Shown: positions 27,753-37,067, numbered from the stretch's first letter. The stretch is 64,000 bases of DNA from Hyphomicrobiales bacterium (GCA_040255365.1 JBDZUY010000010.1:2556-66555); one strand, 5' to 3'. Notes: generated from the sequence alone by a model not told the origin. Numbers and translations: made by a program.

Positions 27753-29423
27753 ATGTCTCACCCCCACTCTGCTTCGCGCACTGAGTCGCACATTGGGCCG
27801 CGCACCGAACCACGCCCCCCCATGCGCGCAGGCCTGCTGGCACCCAGCGAATGGCTGTTTCTTGGCCTCGTCATTGTTGGCTTTGGCGCATTTGTGATCG
27901 CGCTGGGCAAGGACATGTCCTGGGATTTTCGCAATTACCATTGGTATGCGCCGTACGCGTTCTTGAATGGGCGCATGGCCATGGATGTCGCGGTGGCCCA
28001 TCAGGCCAGCTATTACAACCCGTTTTTGGACATACCGTTCTATCTTCTGGCGACGAAGATCAGCTCGTGGTTCGCACTTGGTGTGCTGGGCATGGTGCAG
28101 GGCGCCAATGTCGTGCCCATCTATGTCATGGCGCGGTCGGTCTTGCGCCTTGACGAAAACAGATTGGCCGCGATTGCGGTAACCGCGGTCTGCATGACCG
28201 GCGGGCTGACCATCGGGCTGGCGGGCACGACCTATTACGACAATGTACTCAGCGTGTTCGCATTAAGCGGATTGGCGATTGTCGTATTCTATCGCGACGA
28301 GCTCGAAAACGGATCTCTGCTGCGTGGCATGACCATTGCCGCCATTGCCGGGTTCATCGTCGGCAGTGCGGTGGGGTTGAAACTGCCGCAAGCGCCATTC
28401 GCCCTTGGTTTTGCTGCAGCCCTGATTGCCGCGCCCGGTGATACCAAACACCGGCTGACACGCCTTGCCGCCGGCGGCATCGGCGGGGTGATCGGTGTTG
28501 CGCTGTTTTCCGCCTATTGGCTAATGCATATGGATGCGCTGACGGGCAATCCGCTCTTTCCCTATTTCAATGATGTCATCCAATCACCGCTGGTCGCCAA
28601 TGATTCCTATCGCGACATGCGCTTCCTGCCCGGCACCTTCACGAAAATCATTGGTTATCCGATTCTGTTTTCATGGAACTGGCATATTGCTGACGATCTG
28701 CCCTTCATCGATATCCGTGTCGGGCTTGCCTATATCGCGGGCTTTGTTGCGCTGGGCGCGTGGCTTTTCAAAAAGCGCAGCAACGATCCGCTATTGGAGC
28801 CAAAAGGCGCGCGCATAATTTTTGCGTTCGTGATCGTTTCCTATCTGGCATGGCTGAAAGTCTTTGCGATCTATCGTTACATCGTGACGCTGGAAATGTT
28901 GGCGCCGCTGGTACTGGTTGGTTTTGTTGGCATGTTGCCGTTCACGCGGCGCGCACGATTGATTGTGGTCGGCATCTTATTCTTTGCCGCAATCGTGACA
29001 GCGCGTAGCTATCCCGCTGACAAGACCAATGTCAGCGATCCGTATGTGCAGAGTGACGCCTTTCCCATACCCGACCCCGATCATGCGATGGTGTTGATGA
29101 CAGGCGAAGCACCGCTAGGGTTTCTTGCACCCAAAATCCCGCATCAAATACCGCTTCTGCGCATTGACGGCTGGATGATACAGCCCGATGACGGAACAAG
29201 GCTGACAGCACAAATGAAGGCGCGCGTAAACGCGTTCAAAGGCACGCTATACACGCTGTCCGATGCGGTTGAACTGCAGCGCACCCGCAAGGCGCTGGCC
29301 GATTATGACCTTGCCATACGCTGGCCGGGCTGCCGAAATATCCATACCAATCTTGGCGGGCCATATCTGTTCTGCCCGCTCGCGCGCAAATTATCAGCGT
29401 CCAATGACGGATCAAAACCATGA
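27753..29423 (+). CDS. polytopic membrane protein, GT-C-like (DUF2029/GT87-like) glycosyltransferase candidate
   Basis: 556 aa from ATG 27753 (an alternative start is 27819). About 11-13 TM helices. The first extracytoplasmic loop carries acidic and aromatic residues (GKDMSWDFRNYHWYAPYAFLNG) as in GT-C enzymes. A C-terminal ~150-aa soluble domain follows. Its stop overlaps the GT2 start (ATGA at 29420-29423). Confidence 0.55.
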   Translation: MSHPHSASRTESHIGPRTEPRPPMRAGLLAPSEWLFLGLVIVGFGAFVIALGKDMSWDFRNYHWYAPYAFLNGRMAMDVAVAHQASYYNPFLDIPFYLLATKISSWFALGVLGMVQGANVVPIYVMARSVLRLDENRLAAIAVTAVCMTGGLTIGLAGTTYYDNVLSVFALSGLAIVVFYRDELENGSLLRGMTIAAIAGFIVGSAVGLKLPQAPFALGFAAALIAAPGDTKHRLTRLAAGGIGGVIGVALFSAYWLMHMDALTGNPLFPYFNDVIQSPLVANDSYRDMRFLPGTFTKIIGYPILFSWNWHIADDLPFIDIRVGLAYIAGFVALGAWLFKKRSNDPLLEPKGARIIFAFVIVSYLAWLKVFAIYRYIVTLEMLAPLVLVGFVGMLPFTRRARLIVVGILFFAAIVTARSYPADKTNVSDPYVQSDAFPIPDPDHAMVLMTGEAPLGFLAPKIPHQIPLLRIDGWMIQPDDGTRLTAQMKARVNAFKGTLYTLSDAVELQRTRKALADYDLAIRWPGCRNIHTNLGGPYLFCPLARKLSASNDGSKP

Positions 29424-30364
29424 GCCAGACGGCAGAGCGCATTGCCATCCTCATACCGTGCTACAATGAAGGCGCGGCGATTGCCAAAGTGGTGCGTGAT
29501 TTTGCGAACGCACTGCCCGATGCGCAAATCTATGTCTACGACAACAACTCCACCGATGAGACAGTAGAAAAAGCTCGACAGGCCGGTGCGTATGTCCGTC
29601 ACGAACCACGACAGGGTAAAGGCAATGTGGTGCGCCGGATGTTTGCCGACATAGAGGCCGACATCTATGTGCTGGTGGATGGTGATGACACCTATGACGC
29701 CGCCGATGCGCCGAAACTGGTGCGCGCCTTGCGCACCAATGGTTATGACATTGTTTCTGGGCGGCGCGTGGAAATTGGCGAGGGTGCCTATCGCGCGGGC
29801 CATGTTCTGGGCAATATTTTGTTGACCCGGCTGACGTCGCTGATGTTCCGGGTGCATCTGTCCGATCTTCTGACGGGCTATCGCGTGATGTCCCGGCGTT
29901 TTGTGAAAAGTTTTCCGTTTACGGCCGAAGGATTTGGCATTGAAACCGAACTGACGGTGCATGCCGTGCGGCTTTTGATGCCGATGGTAGAAATTGACAC
30001 CAATTACAAGGAACGCCCCATAGGCTCCGCCAGCAAACTCAACACCTGGCGGGACGGGTTTCGTATCCTCTTCACCATTGGTGCATTGGTGCGCGAAGAA
30101 CGCCCGCTGATCTTTTTCTCTAGCCTGTTTGTATTGCTGGCGTTGGGTTCGGTGTTGCTGGGCGCACCTGTGGTTGCCGATTATATCCAGACCGGCTTGG
30201 TGCCACGCCTTCCGACTGCATTCCTTGCCACATCCTTGATGATCCTGGCGTTTCTGTCGCTGGCCAGCGGATTGATTTTGGATACGGTTACGCGCGGACG
30301 TTGGGAGTTGAAGCGGCTGGCCTATCTGGCCATTCCCGGCCCGCAAGACCACACCAAACCATGA
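29420..30364 (+). CDS. GT2 polyprenyl-phosphate glycosyltransferase (GtrB/ArnC/DPM1-like)
   Basis: 314 aa. Motifs IAILIPCYNEG, YDNNSTDET and a DGDD DxD motif, plus two C-terminal TM helices. This is the architecture of bactoprenol-phosphate sugar synthases. Confidence 0.88.
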   Translation: MSQTAERIAILIPCYNEGAAIAKVVRDFANALPDAQIYVYDNNSTDETVEKARQAGAYVRHEPRQGKGNVVRRMFADIEADIYVLVDGDDTYDAADAPKLVRALRTNGYDIVSGRRVEIGEGAYRAGHVLGNILLTRLTSLMFRVHLSDLLTGYRVMSRRFVKSFPFTAEGFGIETELTVHAVRLLMPMVEIDTNYKERPIGSASKLNTWRDGFRILFTIGALVREERPLIFFSSLFVLLALGSVLLGAPVVADYIQTGLVPRLPTAFLATSLMILAFLSLASGLILDTVTRGRWELKRLAYLAIPGPQDHTKP

Positions 30365-30798
30365 GCATGGCGGGTTTTGCGCAAAAGATTTTGGCCGCGC
30401 GGTTTTTGCGCTTTGCGCTTGTGGGAACCGCCGGATTTTTCGTCGATGCCGCGGTGCTGTTCATCGCACTGCATGTGCTACATCTCGATCCCTATAGCGG
30501 GCGGGCGCTTTCATTCCTCTGCGCGGTCAGTTTTACGTGGTTCGGCAATCGTAACCTGACGTTCCGCGACAGCGCAGCCACAGGGCGCCGCGGCATGGGC
30601 CGCGAATGGGCCAAATTTGTTAGCGCCAATGCGTTTGGCGGTGCTGCCAATTATGGGCTTTATGCGGCGCTCGTCAGCTTTGCATCGCCGCCTCTTTCCA
30701 ACCCATTTATGGCACTGGCGGCAGGCGCGATTGCCGGTCTCAGCATCAATTTCCTGGCTTCAAAGCATTTTGTGTTTCGTGGGTCCGGCGGCGTTTAA
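30361..30798 (+). CDS. GtrA family membrane protein
   Basis: 145 aa from ATG 30361, overlapping the GT2 stop (ATGA). Four TM helices, with the N-terminal GtrA motif RFLRFALVGTAGFFVDAAVLF. Confidence 0.85.
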   Translation: MSMAGFAQKILAARFLRFALVGTAGFFVDAAVLFIALHVLHLDPYSGRALSFLCAVSFTWFGNRNLTFRDSAATGRRGMGREWAKFVSANAFGGAANYGLYAALVSFASPPLSNPFMALAAGAIAGLSINFLASKHFVFRGSGGV

Positions 30799-31352
30799 CG
30801 CTGTTTGGCCAACTCTTTGACCACCGCCATACCGCCCGGCGCATCAATATCGGTGCGCGTCGTTTCGGTCAGCCGCGCCATTGTCATATAAAATCCGCAG
30901 GTCAAAATAATCTCTACAATCTCCTGCGGCGAAAAGAATTTTTTTGCCGCTTCCACATTGGCTTCGCTGGCTTTGACATTGCGGATCACATCATCGGCAA
31001 AGCGCAGCAGCATTTTCTCCTGTTCAGAAAACGCCGCATCATCCAGCGCGCCCTTCTCCAGCGCATCAATCTGCGCCTGCTTGCAACCCACGCCCAAAGC
31101 AATCGGCACATGCTGCACCCATTCATAGGTGCCACCTTCAATGCGCGCGACCAGCAAGATCACCAATTCGCGCAAATCCGCACCCAGCTTTTGCTTGGAA
31201 AGAATCGCGCCGCCAAAGCGCAGGCCCGGTTTGAACAGGCTGGAAGCATTGGCCCACATGCGAAAAATGTTGAGCTTGCGCGGCAGGTTTTCAAACGCCT
31301 CGCGCGCGCTTTCGGGCAACGCCTCGATATCGGCAAACGGGATCAACGCCAT
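30795..31352 (-). CDS. carboxymuconolactone decarboxylase (AhpD-like) family protein
   Basis: 185 aa with CMD-family features (LRELVILLVARIEGGTYEWVQHVPIALGVG). Its stop codon shares the tetranucleotide TTAA (30795-30798) with the convergent gtrA-like gene. Confidence 0.78.
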   Translation of the reverse strand: MALIPFADIEALPESAREAFENLPRKLNIFRMWANASSLFKPGLRFGGAILSKQKLGADLRELVILLVARIEGGTYEWVQHVPIALGVGCKQAQIDALEKGALDDAAFSEQEKMLLRFADDVIRNVKASEANVEAAKKFFSPQEIVEIILTCGFYMTMARLTETTRTDIDAPGGMAVVKELAKQR

Positions 31353-31386
31353 GATGTTCTCCTGAAGAAAAAATGTGTCACCGTCA

Positions 31387-32481
31387 CTATGACAGGCCCG
31401 CGCCGGTTTGTGGATCGACCGTTACCGATTTCACAATCGCGAATATGTCCATCTGCGGCGCCAGTTCCAGCCGGGTGAGCGAAGCGCGCGTGATGCGGGC
31501 AACCAGCCTGTCGGTTCCACAGACAAGCTGAACATCACTATGCGTTGCATCGATCTGTTCAACCGCCTGAATATTTGCGCGCAAAACATTGTTGGCGCTG
31601 ATGGCCATCGGCTCTTCGCGCGCCAGCATCACATCTTCGGCGCGGATGCGTACGCGCAACGCCGTGCCGGGTGCGCAATCAAGACGGGCCAGAAACAGCG
31701 CGCCGCCTGAAAATTCCAGCCGCGTCAGGCCATCATCCTGATGCGCGCTTACCCGTGCAGGCAGAATGGCGCCATAGGCTTGCAATCCTGCCCCGCGGGC
31801 AAACGCAATATCGCCCATCAGATCAAACACCGTGCCTTGCGCGGTAACGCGCCCCTTGTCCACGATCACAAGATTGTCGGCCAGCCGCGTCACCTCATCC
31901 AGCGCGTGGCTGACATAAAGCATGGGGATTTTTTCTTCATCACGCAGCCGTTCAAGATAGGGCATGATCTCTGCTTTGCGCGCGGCATCAAGCGCGGCAA
32001 GCGGTTCGTCCAGCAAAAGCAGACGCGGCGAACAAAGCAGCGCACGCCCCAGCGCAACCCGGCCGCGCTCACCGCCGGAAAGTTTGGCCGGACGGCGGGC
32101 CAGCAGCGCGCGTAAATCCAGCAGATCGATCACATGATCGATTTCGTTTTGCGAGGCTTTTTGCGCCGCACGCCGCCAACCAAACAGCAGATTGTTTTCC
32201 ACGCTCATATGCGGAAAAAGCCGCGCATCCTGAAACACGTAACCTGCGCGGCGCAGCCCCGGCGCAACAAAAACATTGGCAGCACTATCCAGAACAATTT
32301 GCCCGCTGATTTCTATGCGCCCTTCGCGCGGACGCAGCAGACCGGCAATGGCTTGCACGATGGTGGATTTTCCGGCACCGGATTTTCCGAACAGAGCGGT
32401 GATGCCCGGCGCATCGACGCCAAAATTCACATCAAGTGAAAAATCCGCAAAATCGTGCCGTAAAAAAACCGAGACACTCAT
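31387..32481 (-). CDS. modC: molybdate ABC transporter ATP-binding protein
   Basis: ATG 32481 with GAGG upstream. Walker A GKSGAGKST, signature LSGGERGRV, Walker B LLLLDEP, and a C-terminal TOBE/Mop-like domain. Confidence 0.9.
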   Translation of the reverse strand: MSVSVFLRHDFADFSLDVNFGVDAPGITALFGKSGAGKSTIVQAIAGLLRPREGRIEISGQIVLDSAANVFVAPGLRRAGYVFQDARLFPHMSVENNLLFGWRRAAQKASQNEIDHVIDLLDLRALLARRPAKLSGGERGRVALGRALLCSPRLLLLDEPLAALDAARKAEIMPYLERLRDEEKIPMLYVSHALDEVTRLADNLVIVDKGRVTAQGTVFDLMGDIAFARGAGLQAYGAILPARVSAHQDDGLTRLEFSGGALFLARLDCAPGTALRVRIRAEDVMLAREEPMAISANNVLRANIQAVEQIDATHSDVQLVCGTDRLVARITRASLTRLELAPQMDIFAIVKSVTVDPQTGAGLS

Positions 32482-32488
32482 CGCCGCC

Positions 32489-33184
32489 TCAGCGCCCCAC
32501 CAAAGCGCGCACGCGCCGCTCGGCAAGTTCGGCCAGGCTGACACCGATCAACGCCAAAGCGACGGCAAGTGCCGAAAGTCGCGCCGCCTCCACTTCACCA
32601 CCCGGCGTTTGCAGCGCGCTGTAGATCGCCAGCGGTAAGGTGCGCGTCTCACCGGGAATGGACGAGACAAAGGTGATGATGGCGCCAAACTCACCGAGAC
32701 TTGCGGCAAAGGCGGTGATCGCGCCGGCCACGATGCCGGGCAACGCCAGCGGCAGAACAATGTTTATCAGCCGATCGATGCGCCCCGCACCCAACGTTTG
32801 CGCCGCTTCACTCAACCCCGTATCCATCGCCTCCAATGTCAGGCGTATGGCACGCACCTGAAACGGAAAGGTGATAATGCCCGCCGCCAGTGCCGCGCCC
32901 GTCCAGTTGAAAACAAACTGAACACCGAAATTGTCCAGCAACCATGCACCCACTGGCGCACGCGTGCCGAAAATCATCAACAAGATGTAACCCACCACGA
33001 CCGGCGGCAACACAAGCGGCAGATGCAAAAAGCCATCGACCAGCGATTTACCCGGAAAATCATGATGCGCAATCGCGATAGCCGTCAGCACCGCAAGCGG
33101 CAAAGCGCAGCCCACCGCCACAAGAGAAACGCGCAGGCTTAAAAGCAGCGCTTCCAGTTCCGGTGGGCTGAGCGCAAAAGACAA
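32489..33184 (-). CDS. modB: molybdate ABC transporter permease
   Basis: 231 aa, collinear with E. coli ModB (FPGK.L.D..LHLPLVLPPVVVGY, RTLGAGR, SLGEFGA.ITFVS.IPGETRT.P.A.Y...QTPGGE). Confidence 0.92.
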   Translation of the reverse strand: MSFALSPPELEALLLSLRVSLVAVGCALPLAVLTAIAIAHHDFPGKSLVDGFLHLPLVLPPVVVGYILLMIFGTRAPVGAWLLDNFGVQFVFNWTGAALAAGIITFPFQVRAIRLTLEAMDTGLSEAAQTLGAGRIDRLINIVLPLALPGIVAGAITAFAASLGEFGAIITFVSSIPGETRTLPLAIYSALQTPGGEVEAARLSALAVALALIGVSLAELAERRVRALVGR

Positions 33185-33195
33185 ACAGGGCTCCC

Positions 33196-34998
33196 TTACA
33201 CTTTGGTGATGGCTGCAATGCCGCCGCCCTTTTTCGGCGTGACTTCAAAGCGGTCCAGTGTTTTTGCGGTGTACGGCTTTGCCAGAATATCGACACCAAC
33301 CTGTTCGCTCACCAGTTTGTCGCGCGTGATGGTAATCAGCGTGTAGCCTTTGTTGTTCTGATCGTTCAGCAACACTTCAGGGCTGCGCTCCGCGATCATC
33401 TTTCCGGCGTCCAGCCCCGGTGCGTAATCGCCCAGAGAGGGGCTGGTGACCGAACTTGTGCCGAATTCGGCGGCGACGCGCGCGCCCTTTGCATCCTTCA
33501 ATTCATTGACCCAGAAGGCATGACTATCACCCGACAGCACAACAACATTGGCTTTGGCGTCTTTCATGGCGTCATAAACGCGTTCGCGTGCAGCGGGATA
33601 GCCATCCCATGAATCCAGATCAAACGGCACATCAAACGACATCAGATCGATGAAGGCCTGGTAGCGGGGGCGCAAGGCATCCGGCGCCGACGCCAGCAAT
33701 TTCGCTACGCCATCGGGGCCGAGTTCCTTGGCAATATTCGGCCCCTTGGTGCGCGCCATCACCACCTGATTGCCCAACACCTGCCAACTCATGCCCTTTT
33801 TCACCGATTTTACCAGCTCCAGACCCAGCCATTCTTCCTGGCGCGTGCCCATCATCTGGCGTTCAGGATTATTGAGCAGCCTGTTCAACGCAGCGACATC
33901 AGGCCCGATCATATAGGGCGCGGGCACCGCTTTGCCGGCTTTGGCAGCGGCAAAAACCTCGCCAATAACTTTGGCATCGGTAACAGGTTTGCGCGTGCCG
34001 TCGGCCGATGTTTCATACACCATTATCGGCACATCGCCCGGCTTGTCGTAAGAGATTTGTTCCGAGCGGGCCACCAGCCGCGATTCCACCATGATAAGGC
34101 TGGCAAGGTCGCCAAACTCAAATGTGCGATTGATCGCAAGGAATGAATGGCCGGGCAGCGGTTCGCGGATCGGCATCCATTCGTAATAGGCCTGAAGCGC
34201 GGCGGCTTCGCGCGTCAGCCATGGGCCCTCGGTTGCAGATTTGTGATTTTCGGCACCGCCGGTCCAACTGTCATTTGCGGTTTCATGATCGTCCCACACA
34301 CAAATCCACGGCGCGCGCGCATGGGCGGCCCGCAAATCGGCATCGCGTTTGTATTGCGCGTGGCGCATGCGGTAATCATCGAGCGTTACGGCGTCATGCG
34401 TGGGCTCAGGAATCCGGTTTAGTTTGGAACCGACATTCATGCCGTAATCATCAGGCGCAGCGCCATACTCATAATAATAATCGCCGAGTTCCACGACGGC
34501 ATCGACGCGTTCCAGCTTGGCAATGTGGTCATAGGCATTGAAGAAGCCGCCGGGATAAAGCGCGCAGGACACGAACGCCAGAACCGCTTTATCAAGCTTG
34601 CCTTGAGGCAAGGTCCGCGTGCGTCCGATTGGCGAAACCGCATCACCGGCACGGAAGCGATAGAAATAGTCCTGATTCGGTTTCAGGCCCGTCGCATCCG
34701 CCTTGACGGTGAAATCACGTTCCGGCCCGGTAATCGCCTGACCATGTGCGACGACATTCGCAAAATCTGCACTGGCTGCGATTTCCCAATCGACAGGAAA
34801 GCGTGCATTTGTTTTTGTGCGGGGGCTAACCCGTGTCCACAGCACCACGCGATCAGCCAGCGGATCCCCGCTGGCCACGCCATGCACAAAATCATAAGCA
34901 CCGGTGCCCGGTTCCTGCGGTGCGGCATAAGCCATGCGCGCAGGCACAGCACCAGCAAGAGCCAGCAGCGATAGCGCACGGCGACGATCAATTTTCAT
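33196..34998 (-). CDS. phoD: alkaline phosphatase D family (PhoD), Tat-exported
   Basis: 600 aa. Twin-arginine signal MKIDRRRALSLLALAGAVPARMAYA. PhoD motifs are present: GVASGDP, LWTRV, DYFYRF, metallophosphatase blocks GDYYYEYG and WDDHE. Its stop is 11 nt upstream of the modB start. Confidence 0.9.
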   Translation of the reverse strand: MKIDRRRALSLLALAGAVPARMAYAAPQEPGTGAYDFVHGVASGDPLADRVVLWTRVSPRTKTNARFPVDWEIAASADFANVVAHGQAITGPERDFTVKADATGLKPNQDYFYRFRAGDAVSPIGRTRTLPQGKLDKAVLAFVSCALYPGGFFNAYDHIAKLERVDAVVELGDYYYEYGAAPDDYGMNVGSKLNRIPEPTHDAVTLDDYRMRHAQYKRDADLRAAHARAPWICVWDDHETANDSWTGGAENHKSATEGPWLTREAAALQAYYEWMPIREPLPGHSFLAINRTFEFGDLASLIMVESRLVARSEQISYDKPGDVPIMVYETSADGTRKPVTDAKVIGEVFAAAKAGKAVPAPYMIGPDVAALNRLLNNPERQMMGTRQEEWLGLELVKSVKKGMSWQVLGNQVVMARTKGPNIAKELGPDGVAKLLASAPDALRPRYQAFIDLMSFDVPFDLDSWDGYPAARERVYDAMKDAKANVVVLSGDSHAFWVNELKDAKGARVAAEFGTSSVTSPSLGDYAPGLDAGKMIAERSPEVLLNDQNNKGYTLITITRDKLVSEQVGVDILAKPYTAKTLDRFEVTPKKGGGIAAITKV

Positions 34999-35159
34999 AA
35001 TGTTCCCCCAAAACGGCAGCGCAGAAAGGCCGCCAAAACAGCCTTCCGGCCTTTTTCCCTGTGGCCATAATGGAACGGACGGACAGGGTTAGCCAGAGAG
35101 AAGCATCGTAAAACCGCGCCTTGCCTTGACCTTATCCATGGCGGGACTACGGTCTTGTC

Positions 35160-36974
35160 ATGAAACGGTGGCGGGACCGGATCGCGCGTTATGCGCTTGG
35201 CGGGGTGGTGATCGCAGCGTCCGTGCTGATCATCCCGGCGGAACCTGTCAGCACGGATCAGGCAAATACGGGTCCGCCAAGCAAGAGCCAGACAAAGCCC
35301 ATTGTGCTTGCCCTGGCCGAGCCGGAAGCCGCACCGCCGCCAATCACGTCCAATAGTTCAAATGGTGCCAGCCCGGCCCCGTTGCCCATCGCCGCGAACA
35401 ACACTGCATTCTACATGGTGCGCTTTGATCATTGGACGGATGCTGATGAGCGCGGCTATGGCGAATTTGTTGCGGGTATTGGCAAATCTGGCTGCAACAC
35501 CGTGAACACCTGTCTGCGCGGGCGCGGCAATCCGTTTCGCGCATCCGATCCCAAAGGCGTGTATTTCAGGGCCGATTGCGCAGATTTGCCGTATGTCTTG
35601 CGCGCCTATTATGCCTGGAAGCGCGGCCTGCCCTTTTCGTATGAAAGCGCGGTTTCCCCGCGCGGCTATACACGCGACATCCGCTATACCGCGAAAGGCA
35701 ACAAAGTGGCCGAGCGGCGCGATATTGTATCGGGCCAGACAACGGGCCTGGGCCTGCTTGAGACCTTGCGCGATACAATCTCGTCTGCCTCGTATCGTAT
35801 TCACCCCGATCTGGATGGCCCCTTGCGGCCCGATTTTTATTCACCCGCGATCAATGCGAAATCCATTCGGCCCGGCACAATCATTTACGACCCCAATGGT
35901 CATCTGGCAGTGATCTATCAAATCGACCCGGATGGGCGCATTCATTACATCGACTCGCATCCCGACAATTCACTGACGCGCGGGTTTTATGATGAGCGCT
36001 TTGTTCGTGCGCGGCCGGGCATGGGTGCCGGTTTCAAAAACTGGCGTCCCCAAACGCTAAAGGGCGCAACGCGGCGGGCCGACGGCGTTTATGTCGGCGG
36101 GCATGTCACGCTGCCTGCGAACAAGGACATTGCGGATTATTCGGAAACGCAATTCTTTGGCACCGGCAAACGGCCGCAAAGCGATTCCGGCTGGGGCTCT
36201 GGCCCCTTCGTGTTGAATGGCGAAATGCTGAATTACTATGATTATGTCAGGGCAAAACTGGCGGGTGGAAAATTGGAGTTCGATCCGGTCCGCGAGGTTC
36301 GCGACATGGTCGAATCCAATTGTAACGACCTGCATTACCGCGAAGACGCGGTAAACCTGGCCATCGCGGCGGGTTTGCAAAACCAGCAGCAGCCGCGCCG
36401 CCTGCCACCCAACATTTATGGGACCGAGGGAGATTGGGAACTTTATTCCACGCCGTCACGCGATGCGCGGCTGAAAACAGCGTTCCGCGAATTGCGTGAA
36501 CGCACGGCGCGCTTTGTGCGGATGTGGCACACACACGACAAGAAGTTGAAGTATACAGGCCATGATCTGATCGCCGATCTGATCGCGACATATGATGCCC
36601 AGGCCGCAAAATGCACCATTTCCTATACAAAAACAGACGGCAGCACGGTGCGCTTTGGCTATGAAGAGGCGCGCAAACGCCTGTTTGCAATGTCGTTCGA
36701 TCCCTACCATTGCATTGAGCATCGCTGGGGCGCGTCAAGCCCGGCTGAACTTGCCACCTGCCACGACAACGCAACAAAGCGGGCCTGGTACCGGGGCGAA
36801 CAGAAATTGCGCAACCAGATGGATCGCACCTATGATGCGCGGATGGATTTTACCCTGGCTGAACTTGGAGAGACTGGTCCTGGGCATGGTGTGGCAAACC
36901 CACCCGATACCGATGTGCGCGGCTATCTTATCGGTGCGCGTGCGGCGGGCGGTGCATTATCCGCGCCAGATTAA
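35160..36974 (+). CDS. membrane-anchored protein of unknown function with NlpC/P60-like Cys-His-His signature
   Basis: 604 aa. N-terminal TM (YALGGVVIAASVLII) and a Pro/Ala/Ser linker. Then FRADC(140)ADLPYVLRAYYAWKRG ... PGTIIYDPNGH(248)LAVIY...GRIH(262)YIDSH(267). The ~330-aa C-terminal region has four Cys and no motif I recognise. Confidence 0.75.
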   Translation: MKRWRDRIARYALGGVVIAASVLIIPAEPVSTDQANTGPPSKSQTKPIVLALAEPEAAPPPITSNSSNGASPAPLPIAANNTAFYMVRFDHWTDADERGYGEFVAGIGKSGCNTVNTCLRGRGNPFRASDPKGVYFRADCADLPYVLRAYYAWKRGLPFSYESAVSPRGYTRDIRYTAKGNKVAERRDIVSGQTTGLGLLETLRDTISSASYRIHPDLDGPLRPDFYSPAINAKSIRPGTIIYDPNGHLAVIYQIDPDGRIHYIDSHPDNSLTRGFYDERFVRARPGMGAGFKNWRPQTLKGATRRADGVYVGGHVTLPANKDIADYSETQFFGTGKRPQSDSGWGSGPFVLNGEMLNYYDYVRAKLAGGKLEFDPVREVRDMVESNCNDLHYREDAVNLAIAAGLQNQQQPRRLPPNIYGTEGDWELYSTPSRDARLKTAFRELRERTARFVRMWHTHDKKLKYTGHDLIADLIATYDAQAAKCTISYTKTDGSTVRFGYEEARKRLFAMSFDPYHCIEHRWGASSPAELATCHDNATKRAWYRGEQKLRNQMDRTYDARMDFTLAELGETGPGHGVANPPDTDVRGYLIGARAAGGALSAPD

Positions 36975-37015
36975 GCGATCATCCCGCACGCTTAAACGGC
37001 AGTCCTATCCGCGAT

Positions 37016-37050
37016 AAAAAAGGCCGCCGATGAACCACCGGCGGCCTTTT
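37016..37050. terminator. bidirectional rho-independent terminator
   Basis: AAAAAA-GGCCGCCG-atgaaccac-CGGCGGCC-TTTT lies between the convergent genes ending at 36974 (+) and 37068 (-). Confidence 0.7.
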
Positions 37051-37067
37051 GCGTTTATAAAGCACAG

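Noticed and set aside
30795-30798. The convergent gtrA-like and CMD-family genes share the tetranucleotide TTAA as overlapping stop codons.
   Set aside because: The overlap is real but it is a trivial consequence of tight packing and is not evidence of a functional link.
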